From Hydrolagus affinis (Eukaryota), in NCBI GenBank assembly GCA_012026655.1, contig JAAILG010001698.1, positions 1-63,477 of the forward strand: DNA of 63,477 nt, written 5' to 3'. Below are positions 48,920-61,359 of this stretch, one piece after another (positions within the stretch are counted from its first letter, which is position 1; each line of letters opens with the position of its first letter). The position numbers and the translations under genes were made by a program. The notes under the pieces were generated by a model. The model worked only from the letters and a program-made list of their open reading frames with translations. It did no database searches and was not told the origin of the DNA.

Positions 48920-49170
48920 TTAAGATTAAGGGTCAGCCTTTTCAAACAGAGTTGAGGAATTTATGGAATTCTCTACCCCCAAAAGGCTCAGTCTTTGAAT
49001 ATTTTCAAGATTTAAATCGATAGATTTCTTATGCATAGAGGGATTAAGGGATATGGGGATAAGGTGGGCAGATGGAGTTAGATTAGAAGATCAGCCATGC
49101 TCTTACTGAATGGCTGGGCAGGTTCGAGGGGCCAAATGGCCTACTCCTGCTTCTTATTCTTATGTTCTTA
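48920..49170 (+). mobile_element. CR1 LINE 3' end
   Basis: GATCAGCCATG...GCAGGTTCGAGGGGCCAAATGGCCTACTCCTGCTTCTTATTCTTATGTTCTTAT. Confidence 0.85.
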
Positions 49171-49363
49171 TCAGTGGTATGGGGTGGGGGAGGAGAAAAA
49201 TGACCAAAGGATACAGTCAAAGAGGTAGGTCTTGAGACTGACCTTGAAAGAGGTGAAGGATGAATCTGGTTGAAAAACATGTTGTCACAAGTATTGGAGT
49301 GAACTGAGCAAAGCAAAGAATGTACATTTTTACCTTATTTTCTGTTTCTCTTAAAGTGCCAGT

Positions 49364-50293
49364 ATGAGGCTATGCAAGAGGAGAGTGCTGTGTCTGTTGG
49401 GCCTCCTTGGATTGGCTTCCCTTGTCTTATGTATGCAGACGCTTTACAACTACGGGCCCAAGGTGCCTTTGAGAAGAAGCCAGGACACAGTTGGGGTTGG
49501 TCACCAGCGACCTCTTCTGCCACACAGCAAATCCCAAACTAAGAGGCTGAATTCTGTGGAGATTATGGAGTCCAACCTGAACCACTTAAAGGCCAAATCT
49601 GCCAGAAAAAAAACACTCAAAGCTGTGGTGAGGCTGTTAGGAAACGATAATGATATTGTAGAGCTTCCTGAAGCTGCACGTAATTCAGCTCTGTTCAAGA
49701 GAAAGGCAAAGTCCGGCCCGTGGTGTCCTCAGTTGGGTTGGTTTGACTCCACGGATCTTCTCAAAGGGTTGGCCTCCAATGGTCCAGTCACCTGGTTCAG
49801 TCAGAAAGACAAGGAACTGTTGAGGTTCCTGACCCAGGGATCTGTCCAGAAGATGGACTATCTCACCAGACATAGGCAGATGGTTCGAGTCATCCTGGCC
49901 ACTAACACATCTTCCCCTGTAGATGGCAGTAGAGACCACTGCAGAGCGGGAGTTTGCGCGCTTGTGAGGGAGCTCACCAATCTGAATGAAGTGGCAGCTT
50001 TCCATTTGGACAGGATCTTGGGCTTAAACGTCAGCCAGCCCGTGGTGTCTCGCCAGCTGACCTCCTGGCTCCTGCCCCACAGATTTACCGACGGTCACGC
50101 CAGGCCAGTGCTACGGTGGGACCCGGGCATCTCTCTGCCCCAAGGTGCCAACCAATACCAGGATGCCTACTTTGCCCGCATGGTCCAATACCCGTCCATC
50201 TTCAAACTGTGCGGCACAAGGAGCGACGGTGTGTGTCACCAGAACACTAGCCCGGAACTGCAGAAGATTAAACTCTTAGATTATTTCCTCCAG
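49364..50293 (+). CDS. FAM198/GASK1 (Golgi-associated kinase)-family protein, large first coding exon (310 aa)
   Basis: N-terminal basic plus hydrophobic signal anchor. TWFSQKDKELLRFLTQGSV, CRAGVCALVR, EVAAFHLDRILGLN, FTDGHARPVLRW and LLDYFLQ match FAM198A/B blocks as I recall them. Acceptor TTAAAG just before the ATG, CAG|GTAAGA donor (phase 0). Confidence 0.9.
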
Positions 50294-50739
50294 GTAAGAG
50301 AGAACGTGTGTTTATGGAGCCACTGATCACGTCTCAAAATAGACATTCGCCCACCTCAATTCCTCACTCCATAGGCTGCAGATCATCCAGAACTCTGCAG
50401 CTCATGTCCTCTCGAGGCTCTGCAAATCTTTCACCCCCATTCTCGCCCAACGCCACTGGCTTCCCATCACACAGAGGATTCAATTCAAGATCACCTTCAA
50501 GGCCCTCCATGGCCTTGCCCAATCCTAGCTCTGTGACCTCCTAAACCCCTACCAACACTCCGTTCCCTCTGCCCCTCTCTTGCTCGCTAACATTGTCTTC
50601 TTGGTTCCCCTCTATTCTTGGTAGGTTTTTACTATCTTCTATGGTGAAGACAGTCCCTCATTTGTACCTTTGATTTTACTTTGGTTCACCTGTACCTCGA
50701 AGGATTTTACTTTGAAGTGTAGTGACTGTATTATGTGTA

Positions 50740-50900
50740 GGGGCAACATCCCACAAAACAGCCATGTTATCTGGGGGATTGTTGATCAGGATGCCTGGAG
50801 AAACTTGCTTGTCTTTTTATATAGCGCCATGGGATATTTAACAGGCACAGATGGGAGCCCGATTTAATGTCTTATCTGAAAGACGGCACCTCCGACACTT
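50740..50900 (-). mobile_element. Older Deu-SINE fragment
   Basis: GCCATGGGATATTTAAC...CGATTTAATGTCTTATCTGAAAGACGGCACCTCCGACA is the reverse Deu core. Confidence 0.7.
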
Positions 50901-51453
50901 ATCGAGTTCAGGGTCAGGCACAGTATTCAGATAGAAGACACAATACAAAAGAAATTGCAGGAAGTTGTGACTGAATTTTACACTCGAGCTTATGTGGCTT
51001 TTAACCACAATAGTGTTGGGGCTGCAAACTGCCGCGTTTCTCTTTGTGAGCAAATCGTCTCTTTGAGTCAAGGCAGAATTAGGTCATCTTGTGTAGTCTG
51101 CGCTGTAGCCTCTCATATCACTGTCTGTGATGGTGTAACACAACAGAAACCTCGCCTTCTCGCTCAGACATCCTGTGCTGTTCAAATATCATTCTCGTCA
51201 TCCCTCCCCTCGACTGAGCCCCTGGTAGATGAGTTGTCTCAAGCTCAAGGCGATACATGCCTCTTCAGTGTCTCACTAACTCTCTTGCCTCCAGCCGCAG
51301 TCGGCTCCATTTCACCTCTGTGTTTTTCACTGATTCTCGCTCTCTGCCCCCCTCACCCACGACAGCATACCTGCCCTCTGTGAGGAAAAAGTGTGTGAGG
51401 CAGTGCATTGTCACTGAATCCGATCAGTCCTCACAGATGCACCCAAACCCAAA

Positions 51454-51563
51454 GTGTGTGTGTGTGCATTTGGATGTGTGTGGCGTGTTTGAGTGTGTGT
51501 GTGTGTGTGTGTGTGGTGTGTCTTTGTATGTGTGTGTGGGTGTGTTGTGTGTGTGTGGGTGTG
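51454..51563. repeat. Imperfect (TG)n microsatellite
   Basis: Directly visible. Confidence 0.9.
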
Positions 51564-52234
51564 TTACTGGGTAACAACTTGCATTTACGTGGGGTAGAGT
51601 CCCGGAGTAATACTATAATATTACTAATATTATAGTACTGCAATAATATTTGCTTCTCTAAGTCCCACAGTTGAGACTGGGATGTAATGTCATCAGCAAT
51701 GCCCTGTAGAACTGCAGACCTGTTCAGCTCAGGAACTGCTACCGAGGTTCGACTCGATTCCGACAGTCAGTTGACAGAGCACATTCAGTTGGGTTCGCTT
51801 TGTGGGAGACACCGTTTACCTGCCAGCTTGCCTGCTCCCCGACAACCCCCAACAAGGAAAAATCTACTAATTCAGGAGAGGATAGTAATTATAATGCTTG
51901 CATTTGTTACAGTGCCTCACATCACGTCTTCTAGACGTTTCAAAGGGCTTCACGGCATGTACTGCAAAGTGTATGTTTCGTGGGCGATGAGAAAATCATT
52001 GGAATCAAATCTTTTGTTCTACGAGGTAATCACTGTGTGAGAGGCAGCGAGGTTTTTCAGTCTTGCGAGGGCTTCGGAGCTGATTGATCTTAACTCTCGG
52101 CAGTGGAAGGGTTAGCTGCTTTTACGTTTGAGATCTGCCGTGAGAGATAACCTCGTCACTGTTGCTGGCTGCTGTACTGATTAATCACTTTCTCCCAGCG
52201 CAATCTCGGCCTGTCAGTCACAATCCTGTTGGCA

Positions 52235-52334
52235 NNNNNNNNNNNNNNNNNNNNNNNNNNNNNNNNNNNNNNNNNNNNNNNNNNNNNNNNNNNNNNNNNN
52301 NNNNNNNNNNNNNNNNNNNNNNNNNNNNNNNNNN
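52235..52334. other. Assembly gap (100 N) inside the FAM198-like intron
   Basis: Run of N. Confidence 1.
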
Positions 52335-53789
52335 ATGAAAGGAGGGAGTCTAGGACACAATTATACAGGCTCAAGTACACATTTTATCTTTTGACTATTG
52401 GATAACAAGGGGCTGGAGACTGGGATGTGGTGGGGGGGAAGGGGGTGGGGGGGTGGAACGCAGTCTATTTTTATATCCTTGTCTGACAGCCTGAGATTGT
52501 ATTTTTAAAGCCCCTGAACACCCCACCACCACCTCCACCACACACACACACACACACATACACACACACAGTGTGAGTTGCTTTCTGCAGGAGTGACTAT
52601 TTAAAGGTCTTTATTGAATTACGAAAGTCTCTGCAAAAGGTTTGACCTTAATCCCAGAGGTTTGAACTAATCTCTCTGCCGCTTCATTACTGCCGCTTTA
52701 ATGGTCTGCCAGCGACTTTGCAGTCTCACAATCTGACAAGCTGCATTCTGGAAGGAGCTGGTCTGATCTCAGTCAGGTAGAGTTGAGCCAAAGCACTGAG
52801 CCTCTCAATCCCGAGCCTGACACGGAATAGGATCAATGCCAACCAGAGCAGCTTGAATCTATACAGCGCCCTTTAAGCAGGATAGGATACCCCCTTTGAT
52901 TTTATTCTTCCAGAATACCCACCCAATACTGTCCTCCCATTACAATATTAGGCCACGTCTTAAATGAGTCCAGCTTTCTTTAGCCACCCTTCCTGGTGTC
53001 TGTCCTCACAAATTGCACTCATAACCTTGATTGTCTAGTCCTATCTGACAGTATAGTTCCAGGTTTCCTACACCCCATCAAGCATTATGTTGTACAGGGC
53101 GATCAAAATGTTGTGAATCTATTGCAATGTTTAATAAATCTTAAAGAAATGATGATAATGTATATATTTTTAGATAGCAAGGTAGCGTCACGATTTTTTA
53201 CTCACCCTGTCTATTCTTCTGGTGACTTTGAGACTTCTCTTTTCAAGGATAAATCACCCTAGCTCTATCCAGTCACTCCTCTTAGGTCATTCCTTTTAAC
53301 AATGGCCATTATCCTCATTGCTCTCTTCTGTTCTGTCTCGAGTGATACCCGCTTAACTGCACACACACACATTGTTCCAAGTGCTGCACTCTACAGCTTC
53401 AGCACGACGTCTGGGGTTCTCAACTCAACTGATTTGGCAACCTCGTCCAGCTTTGTTTGCCTTGTTCACTATGGCTCACAGTGTTTTCTATGTGTTGAGG
53501 GACAAGTTAAAGTACACCCTCAAGTCCCTTTCCCTTGCCAAGCGTTAGCCCACCCAAGCAGTCAGTGTTGTTGCAGTCCCAAGGAGAGACAAAGAGCTAA
53601 AGGCAGGAGATGAGCAGTTGATCATTGATATCCAGCAATGAATTGGAGAAGAGCGTTTTGCCAGGGAGTTAATTAACTCCACCATTCACCATTCACTATT
53701 CACCATTCATCTGTACTTGCTGATTCTTCAAGGTCTGGTACCAGCAACTTGCGTTCATATACCGTTGTGCCTTTCAAATTGGATGATAT

Positions 53790-54103
53790 TAACAATCCTT
53801 GCAAGTGGTATAGCACTTTTCACATCTTATCGAGGTCTCAAAGCGCTTCACATAGCTTATTGTAAAGTGCATTGACTGTATATTTGTGGGTGAAACGTGG
53901 CAGCCAATTGCGCACAGCAGTGTCCCACAAAGAGTCGTGGATTGAAATGACCAATTTTATTGTTGTGCGTTGTTTTTGGAGGGATTATTATTAGGCGTGT
54001 GGAGTAAGGAAACTTGCCCAAGGTTTTGCCCTGATCTGCCTGGATTCGAATACAGGTCTCACGCTTGTCAGGCGGGTGCTTTAACCACTGAGCTACAGGA
54101 GCT
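53790..54103 (-). mobile_element. tRNA-derived SINE
   Basis: Near full-length match to the family. Confidence 0.9.
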
Positions 54104-54344
54104 CAGCAGATATTGTATAACAGAGAGCACTGAGCAGGAAAATGGAAATTTAAGGATCTTGATCCCAAAATCTTGGTCAAAGAAATATGTTTTGAAGAAG
54201 GTTTTGAATGCAAGAAGAGAAGAAACAAGCCAACGAGATTTTGGCAGAGCCTTCCAAAGGTCAAAACTCAGCCACTAAAAGTAGGAGTTGACATTAAAAC
54301 CCTTTTTGTTGTCAGCTAACTTGTTTTTCTTATTATTCTCTCAG

Positions 54345-54418
54345 GAAGATGAGATGCTTTCAGCCGGTTCTGACCACAAAAAGGATCGGAATTCTGTGAC
54401 CTTCGTAGGTTTGGATTG
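54345..54418 (+). CDS. FAM198-like penultimate exon (EDEMLSAGSDHKKDRNSVTFVGLDW)
   Basis: CTAAC branch point plus TTGTTTTTCTTATTATTCTCTCAG acceptor, TG|GTGAGT donor. The 74 bp run phase 0 to 2 and exactly bridge the flanking exons. FVGLDW|LP aligns with family LEGIxx|FP. Confidence 0.75.
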
Positions 54419-54782
54419 GTGAGTGTAAGTGCAAGGGTGTATGAGAGGTCGACTGGCATTTACAGAGTAGACAGACACCAACTCCTGGCAATAAGACAAC
54501 AGAGTAATGCACAGAGAGTCTCACTCCAGGAAAGGAAGGGTGGGATAAAGCTGGAATGGCGGGAGAGGGGTTTGGGAGGAGGTTAAGTGAGGAAGAATGA
54601 GTGATGGAAGAGTGACTGAGATACATTGCTAGGCCAAGGGGTGTGTGGGCGCAATGAGGAAGTGGGTGACAGTGTGGGTAATGACTGGAGTAGGGTGTGT
54701 GTGAGGTGGGGAAATGCCAAAGGGCAAATTAAGTCAAGGTAGGGCAAGGGGCACCCAGTTCTCCCCTTTAGGGTCATTTCTT

Positions 54783-55091
54783 AATAATAATCCTTACATT
54801 TGCTATAGCGCTTTTCACGTCTCAAAGCGCTGCACAGAATACGCTGTAAAGTGAATTGACTGTATATTTGTGGGCAAATCGCGGCAGCCAATTGTGCACA
54901 GCAGTGTCCCACAAACAGTCATGGGTTGAAATGACCAATTTATTATAGTTTTTTTTTTGAGCGATTATTATTAGGCGTGTGGAGTAAGGAAACTTGCCCA
55001 GGGTTTTGCCCTGACCTGCCTGGATTCGAACACAGGTCTCACGCTTGTAAGGCGAGTGCTCTAACCAGTAACCACTGAGCTACAGGACTCC
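54783..55091 (-). mobile_element. tRNA-derived SINE (part of duplication copy B, which extends to 55313)
   Basis: Full-length family match. Confidence 0.9.
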
Positions 55092-55389
55092 ATTTTCTTG
55101 ATACCTGAAGAGGGTGGAAACTCTATGGTACGAAGCCCACACTGGTATAGATTGTGCCTGTGTAAGTTACTGTGTGTGTGTGTGTGTGTGTGAGGGGATG
55201 GGGAGTGGGTGGGGGAATTGAAGAGTTTCTTTCCTAACTAAAAACTCTGACTCCAAGGCTTGGTTGAGACTTGGACCAGAGTGCCAGGTGACTCCATTGT
55301 ATGCCATTTCACACAGATCCAGCAGGTGGAGCTATTAATGGGGATGTACTGCTGCCATTCACTGTTACAAGCTCTTGGGCAAGAGTTAA

Positions 55390-55772
55390 TATTAATAATC
55401 CTTGCATTTGATACAGCGCCTTATCACGTCTTCAAGACGTCTCAGCGTGATTCACAGAATATACTGTAGAGTGAATTGACTGTGTAGTCTATAACGCGGA
55501 TGAAACGCGGCAGCCGATTGTACACAGCAGTGCCCCATAAACAGCTGTGAATTGAGTGACCAATTTATTTGTTGTTTATTTTGGAGGAGTTTTTACATCC
55601 GGAAAAAAACGATCTGCCAATTGAGTAACACCCAGGTTCCTACTTCGTGCTAGGTAAACAGAGGTGTGTGGAGTAAGGAACCTTGCCCAACCTTTTGCCC
55701 TTGTGGGAATCGAACCCAGGTTCTCTCGCTTGCCATTCATGAGTGCTCTAACCACAGAGCTACAGGACTCCA
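55390..55772 (-). mobile_element. tRNA-derived SINE, long subfamily
   Basis: Contains the extra CCAGGTTCCTACTTCGTGCTAGGTAAACAGAGG segment. Confidence 0.85.
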
Positions 55773-55929
55773 ATAATAATAATAATAATAATCCTTGTGT
55801 TTGATGCCTTAACATGTCGTTGTTCAGTTACTGAAGCTAGCAGCAATCAAAAGTCCTGTGAGAAAAGGAACAGCGGTCAGATTCATATTGATTTGTACAT
55901 TTAACGCCATATTTTTTGTTTGAGCTCAG

Positions 55930-56128
55930 GCTGCCTCGCAAAACTCTGGAGGTTATTTCCTCGGGGTGTCTGCCTGGATCGCTGGTGCGCTCTCTGTATG
56001 GAGACCAGGAATACTGGCTCAGCAAGAGCCCACGCGAGGTGGGCAACCTGGTGGAGAGAATCGGCAAAAGAGCCAACGCGTTTCTGAAGCGCATCCGTGA
56101 AAGGCAACGGAAGAAGGCGTTGGTGTAA
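55930..56128 (+). CDS. FAM198-like last coding exon (LPRKTLEVISSGCLPGSLVRSLYGDQEYWLSK...KKALV*)
   Basis: CTCAG acceptor, phase 2 start. SGCL..L..SL..D..YW.S matches the FAM198A/B C-terminal block. TAA stop. Confidence 0.85.
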
Positions 56129-56399
56129 ATCATCTCTCAGGGGATCGGGGGAAACGGGGACAAGGCTGGAGATGTGACTAAACGGGAAGAGCCAGCTCAG
56201 GCACGGTGGGCCACGAAGATTCCCTTTTGTGCAGTAACTGTCCGTGGTTGTAATCGAATTCAAGTTGGAACTGTTGGAATGGTTTGCTCTGGAGCCCCTC
56301 TGGCGAGAGCAGATGTCTCGCTCGCTGGTGACCAGGAAACGTCAGCTAGCTTTGGTCACAAAGTTCCATCTCGCAGGTCAGACATTCCACACATGAGAG

Positions 56400-56716
56400 A
56401 TAATAATAAGAATCCTTGCATTTGATATAGCGCTTTTCACGTCTTCTAGATGTCTCAAAGCACTTTGCAGAATACACTGTAAAGTGAATTGACTGTATAT
56501 TTTGTGGGTGAACACGGCAGCCAATTGCTCACAGCAGTGTCCCACTGTGGATTGAAATGACCAATTTATTCTTATCTATTTTTTGGAGGGATTATTATCA
56601 GGCGTGTGGAGATTTCACCCTGAACTGCATGGAATCGAACCCAAGTCTCTTGCTTGTAAGGTGAATGCTCTAACCACAGAGCCACTTGACTCCACACAAT
56701 GAGCTACAGGACTCCA
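56400..56716 (-). mobile_element. tRNA-derived SINE with a duplicated head tip
   Basis: Family match. GAGCCACTTGACTCCAC followed by GAGCTACAGGACTCCAC. Confidence 0.85.
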
Positions 56717-58481
56717 CATCCGTGTCAGCTGTTTCAGTTGTTGCCGTAGGAGGAAGCAGTGCCTCATTTGTGTGTGTAAGTGTGTGGGGGGTGGTGGGGG
56801 GTGGGGGAGCGAGGAGGGGAGAATGACCTTGTTATGATAATTGAGTGGATTGACAGCAAGGCAACTCAGTGAGGAGTGGCTGCTTTCACCGATGAGATGA
56901 CCTTACAGCAGCTGAGGGAATCCCCTCACGTGTTATATTAATGGTGAGTCATCCCAGTTGCCTACCTGTGTGACCTGTGCCCTCGTGTCAGGCACCTGTC
57001 AGAGCATGTGAAACCCAAAAACGTTCAATGCGATACATGCAGGCGTTTTTCACGTCAAGAGGACATCCCAAGGCACTTAGGAGTTCCTGGCTGGGCAACT
57101 GAGATGGGGGTTGGGTGGGAGCCGAGGGGGCGGGGAGAGGAAAGATGTCTGAAAGCGCGGGCAAAGAGCTAGGTCTTGAAATGGACCTTGAACGAGGTGA
57201 GGGAGGAAGCGAGCAAGTCAGAGGGACTATGGGATGAAGTTGTAAGAGCAGATGGTGGGTTGGTTAGGGTTGCAACAAGCATGTGGAACCCAGGTTGTTT
57301 AATGGATTGTGACCATCACTCCTTCCTAGCTTCCCCCCGTTGAGATGAACGAAAGTTTTGCACATGCTGAGTTCCTTAACGTGCGTTGATTTCTAATTCG
57401 ATTCATGAATTGATTCGTGAATCTAATGGCAACTCTTCCCTGTGACGGGAATTAACCCCTCTTTCTCCCCCTCACTCCTTCTCCCTTTGATTTTGTTTTG
57501 AAGGTAGATATAGCGCCTTGGGACGTCCTCCCAACGTGAAAGGAGCTATATAAATGTAATTTTGGTGTTGTTATTGTAGATGGTACCAGGTAAGTGTTGC
57601 ATATCTAGGATTTCCTTATGGGAAGATCCCATTGAAATTGTTATATGTGTGGAGTGCAAGGTGTTTAAGTCGATGCCAAAGGGTGCTGTGTTGGGGGCTC
57701 TGTCCAGTCTGCGCCCTGGGTCTGTCTGGTCCTCAGTTCATGAGATCACTAGATTAGAATGGTTTGGATGAAGAAGGTCTTTAGTCCATCCGATCAAATC
57801 CCTCCAGAAACAACCCCCCTACCCTGCCCATCCATGCATCACAGCATTGAGTGCTTCTTAAATGAGCCCAGTGTCCTGGCCTCAACCATTCAAGATGGCA
57901 ACCTGTTCCAATCGTTAGTTCGAATCGTTAGTTCGAATCGTTAATTCCCCTCTGGGTAAAGATAGCGAAATCCCAGTCGGCGCCGGTACCTCAGTGAGAC
58001 AGGACTATTGCCCAAACTGGGAATGACGGGGGTTGAGGCAGGCAGCGGCTGAGTGCCCCTGTCTATGTGTTTCCTTTACTATAATAACAGAGCATCTAAC
58101 TCGTGAGAGGAGATACGAAAAACAGCTTCATAGCAAAACACACAACCCAGGGATCAATACTTGTAACAACAAGGCAATAGCTTGTCATTTCTGAATAAAA
58201 TAAGGACCCAATCATCAAGGATTACAACAGCGCTCGGGAACATGTTGAATTATCTTGTGTGAGCTTTCGGAGAGAGAACAATGGCCCATTAAAGCACATC
58301 AGGCCACAGAGGCTATTTTGGGTCAGTGTTTCTGTCTTATCTGAAGCCCTGCAGTATGTGTGTCTCAGCGCAGAGATGCTTTCATTGGGGATGAGTCAGC
58401 TGCCAACCGAGCATTCTATTTTGGTGTGTTTTCTGATATATCCCAAGAGCCTGAATGGAACATGTTTTCAGGAACTATCAG

Positions 58482-58855
58482 TCACACACTCTCACACACA
58501 CACTCACCCACAGTCTCTCGCACACTCATACTCACTCTGCTGCACTCCCAAATACACTCACACACATGCACGCTGACACACTCTCCCACACTGTCTCTCA
58601 CACACATACACCCACTCATACTGTCTCTCACACTCACGTGTGCACACACACTCACTGTCGTTTGCACACTCAAACACACTCGTGCACTCACACTCGCTCC
58701 CAAACACATTCACACTCACAGTCTCTCACACACTGTCTCTCACACTCTCTGATGCACTCTCATTCACATACACTCACTCAAACACAAACACACAATCTCA
58801 CGCACTCAGACAGACAGACGCACGCACGCACGCACGCACGCACACTCTCTCACAA
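58482..58855. repeat. Degenerate (CA)/(CT)/(CGCA) microsatellite tract
   Basis: Directly visible. It explains the His/Thr-rich ORFs. Confidence 0.9.
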
Positions 58856-60959
58856 AAATTTCTGAGATATTGTTGTTGCTGTCGAAGCGGGTTACACCGA
58901 GTGGTTTTGAGGCAGAGAGAAGACCCGAGAGAGCCAAGCTGTGACCCAGATTACCTGTTACAGGCACGTGTTGGTGGCTTTAAGCCACAGGCTGGTTGCA
59001 TAAGAACAGAGTGACACTTGTAGGATTCGGGAGGCAGCCAATATAGCTGTGTGTCCGCAGTGTCCTCAGGTGCCGAAACACAGAGCTCGGTAAGGTGCTA
59101 TGATAATAATAATTTATTGATACAGTGCCTTATCATGTCATCAAGCATCTCAAAGCCCTTCACAGGGTATATAGACTGTCAAGTGAATCGACTGTGTATT
59201 TTGTTGCCTCAAAGGGCTGCACGTTAATGGTCCGTGACACCTGCCCAGCCCACCCAGATGGAGGATCTGAAACGTATGTGGCGTGTGGCGAGGTGACAGG
59301 TTTTAGCCGCGAGGCATATTAAAGGATTATGGGGTGAAGACTAAATTAAAATGGGATTCGGGTTAAGAGGGGATTAAACCAGGCCAAGGAGGGTTGGAAA
59401 ATAAAAGTGACATTGCTGGAAAGCCACAAAGCAGTTTGCATAAGGAGAGTGAGAGAGAGGGGGAGAGGGAAGGAGAAACCGTTACTCATTACACTGAGAA
59501 GCAGCTGGAGCGTTGGCCAGGGATATGTATATATCACTATCTCTCTCTCTCTCCAGCATCAATTATTGCTCACAAAATATACAGTCATTTCACTTGATAG
59601 TACATTTCTGTGAAGCGCTTTGAGGCGTCTCAAAGATGAGATGAAGCGCTTCAATCAAATGCAAGAATTATTATTATTACTCGACACTCACCCCAAGGTG
59701 GTTGGGCTGTGGTGGGGAGGGGGTATAGGCAGAGGGTGGAGACGGTGGGCAGCGGGAGTGGGGTGCCCTCTGTTAGATGCCATCCGAATCGATCAGATGA
59801 AGAAGAGACGCATTCTTAAGCATTATTTCTCCAGAGGAAGAGAGGGTAATGGATATGTATATGGATATGTGGGTGGGAGGGGAACTGTGCTGCCTCTTTG
59901 CATGAGTGTTTGCACGGTGTTCCGTCGCTAAGGCAGAAACTCATCCATGGCAGACAGCAAAGCCAGTATTCAGGGCTGACAGATCTGTGTGAGAAGACAG
60001 AGAAAAACTAGCTGTTATCTCCTCCCTCCCCGCCACCCCACCCCGCACACGCTCACACACGTTAACCTTGCTTTTTTCAGGCAGGGAGATGCATCTTTTA
60101 TAAAAACCCATGCCGGCAGCTTGTGGGACATGGATCCTTGTGATCGCCCACAAGTGATGTGGCTGCACTCGGTTTGTCAAGTCAAAGGAGTGAACAGTGA
60201 CGGGGATGTCAGTGTAGAAAATCAGCCCTGCGCGCAGCACTGGATGGTTCGGATGCAGATTAGATGTGAAGCTGAATCATCCGCAGAGCGGAATGTTTTA
60301 CGGCTGACAGTCCATTAAGGACAACGTGTCACTTATGCCGCAGATTATTTGTAACTCGGGAGTGGAGCAGAGGGAGGGAGAGGGGATTGTAGCATCTTCC
60401 AGATCTTCAGCTTCTTTCAAACAGTGTCATGGGATTTATCACATCCACCTGACAGTGGTGGGGTGGGGGGGTGGGTGGGGTGGGGTGGGAGGGTGGGTGG
60501 GGTGGGGGGAGGGGGGTTGGGTGCGGGGGGAGGGGGGGTTGGGTGGGGGGTGGGGAATGCATGAAGGGCGCTATATGAATGCAAATGCTGTTGAATAAAG
60601 CCTTGGCAATTTAGCAACTGATCCACAGGCCAGCGGCTTGGATAATGTTAACTCCCCCAGCACTGGCATGGGCAAGTCAACCTAGGCTTTGAGCTGAAAT
60701 TTGCCTCCAAGCCGCAGCGGTGGGGAGAATATCTGCTGGACACTGCACTAGAGGGACACACAGCTCTTCAAAATCCAAAGGGGGAGTGGACAGATGGTAC
60801 AGAGTGGAGCTAAATAGGATGAAACTGTATCCACATGGATCCCTGATGTACTGACTAAGTGAACTATTCCATTGTCAGACTGGCTTTTCAATAATGAATG
60901 AGGTCAAACTAGTTGAGCAGTTGCACTCGAGACCAGAATAAGGCACAGTGGGAGATACA

Positions 60960-61345
60960 TCATCATTAGTCAAGTAAATCTTGCATGCGATTATCTAAAG
61001 CAATCTTTGATATTAAAAGACATTTGCATATCACACTGCAGTTCCCCCTACGCTCTATCAGCATCAGCAGCCGCGTGCACAGTAATATCCCACAAACAGC
61101 CACGGAGGGAGAGAACAATTTTATTTAGGGGCATTTGTTGGCCAGGACAACAGGAGAAACCAGGATTTTTTTTAGCGTCCACCGACATAGGCGGACAGGA
61201 ACTCTGTCATCCAAAGGACGGCACCTCCAACAATGCAACACACCCCCAGCTTTGCATTGAAGTTGTAGCTTAGATTATGTGATTCCAAGTCCTGACTTGG
61301 GGCTTGAATCCACAACCTGTTAACTTAGAGGTGAGAGTGGCTGAC
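60960..61345 (-). mobile_element. Older Deu-SINE, degenerate
   Basis: TCATCCAAAGGACGGCACCTCCAACAATGCA...TAGCTTAGATTATGTG...GGGCTTGAATCCACAACC, reverse Deu core plus head. Confidence 0.7.
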
Positions 61346-61359
61346 ACAATACTTATTAT

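Noticed and set aside
51700-51790. Possible missing FAM198-like middle exon (VRLDSDSQLTEHIQ)
   Set aside because: No good polypyrimidine acceptor or GT donor in phase, and the similarity is too weak.
58360-59014. His/Thr-rich ORFs and a GGFKPQAGC peptide faintly like the missing FAM198 CCGF exon
   Set aside because: The ORFs come from the (CA)n tract. The peptide lies downstream of the last exon and has no suitable splice sites.
59989-60318. 109-aa ORF with a TTTTTTCAG acceptor at about 60080
   Set aside because: No recognisable homology, no partner exons, and no supported gene model for 56.7-63.5 kb.
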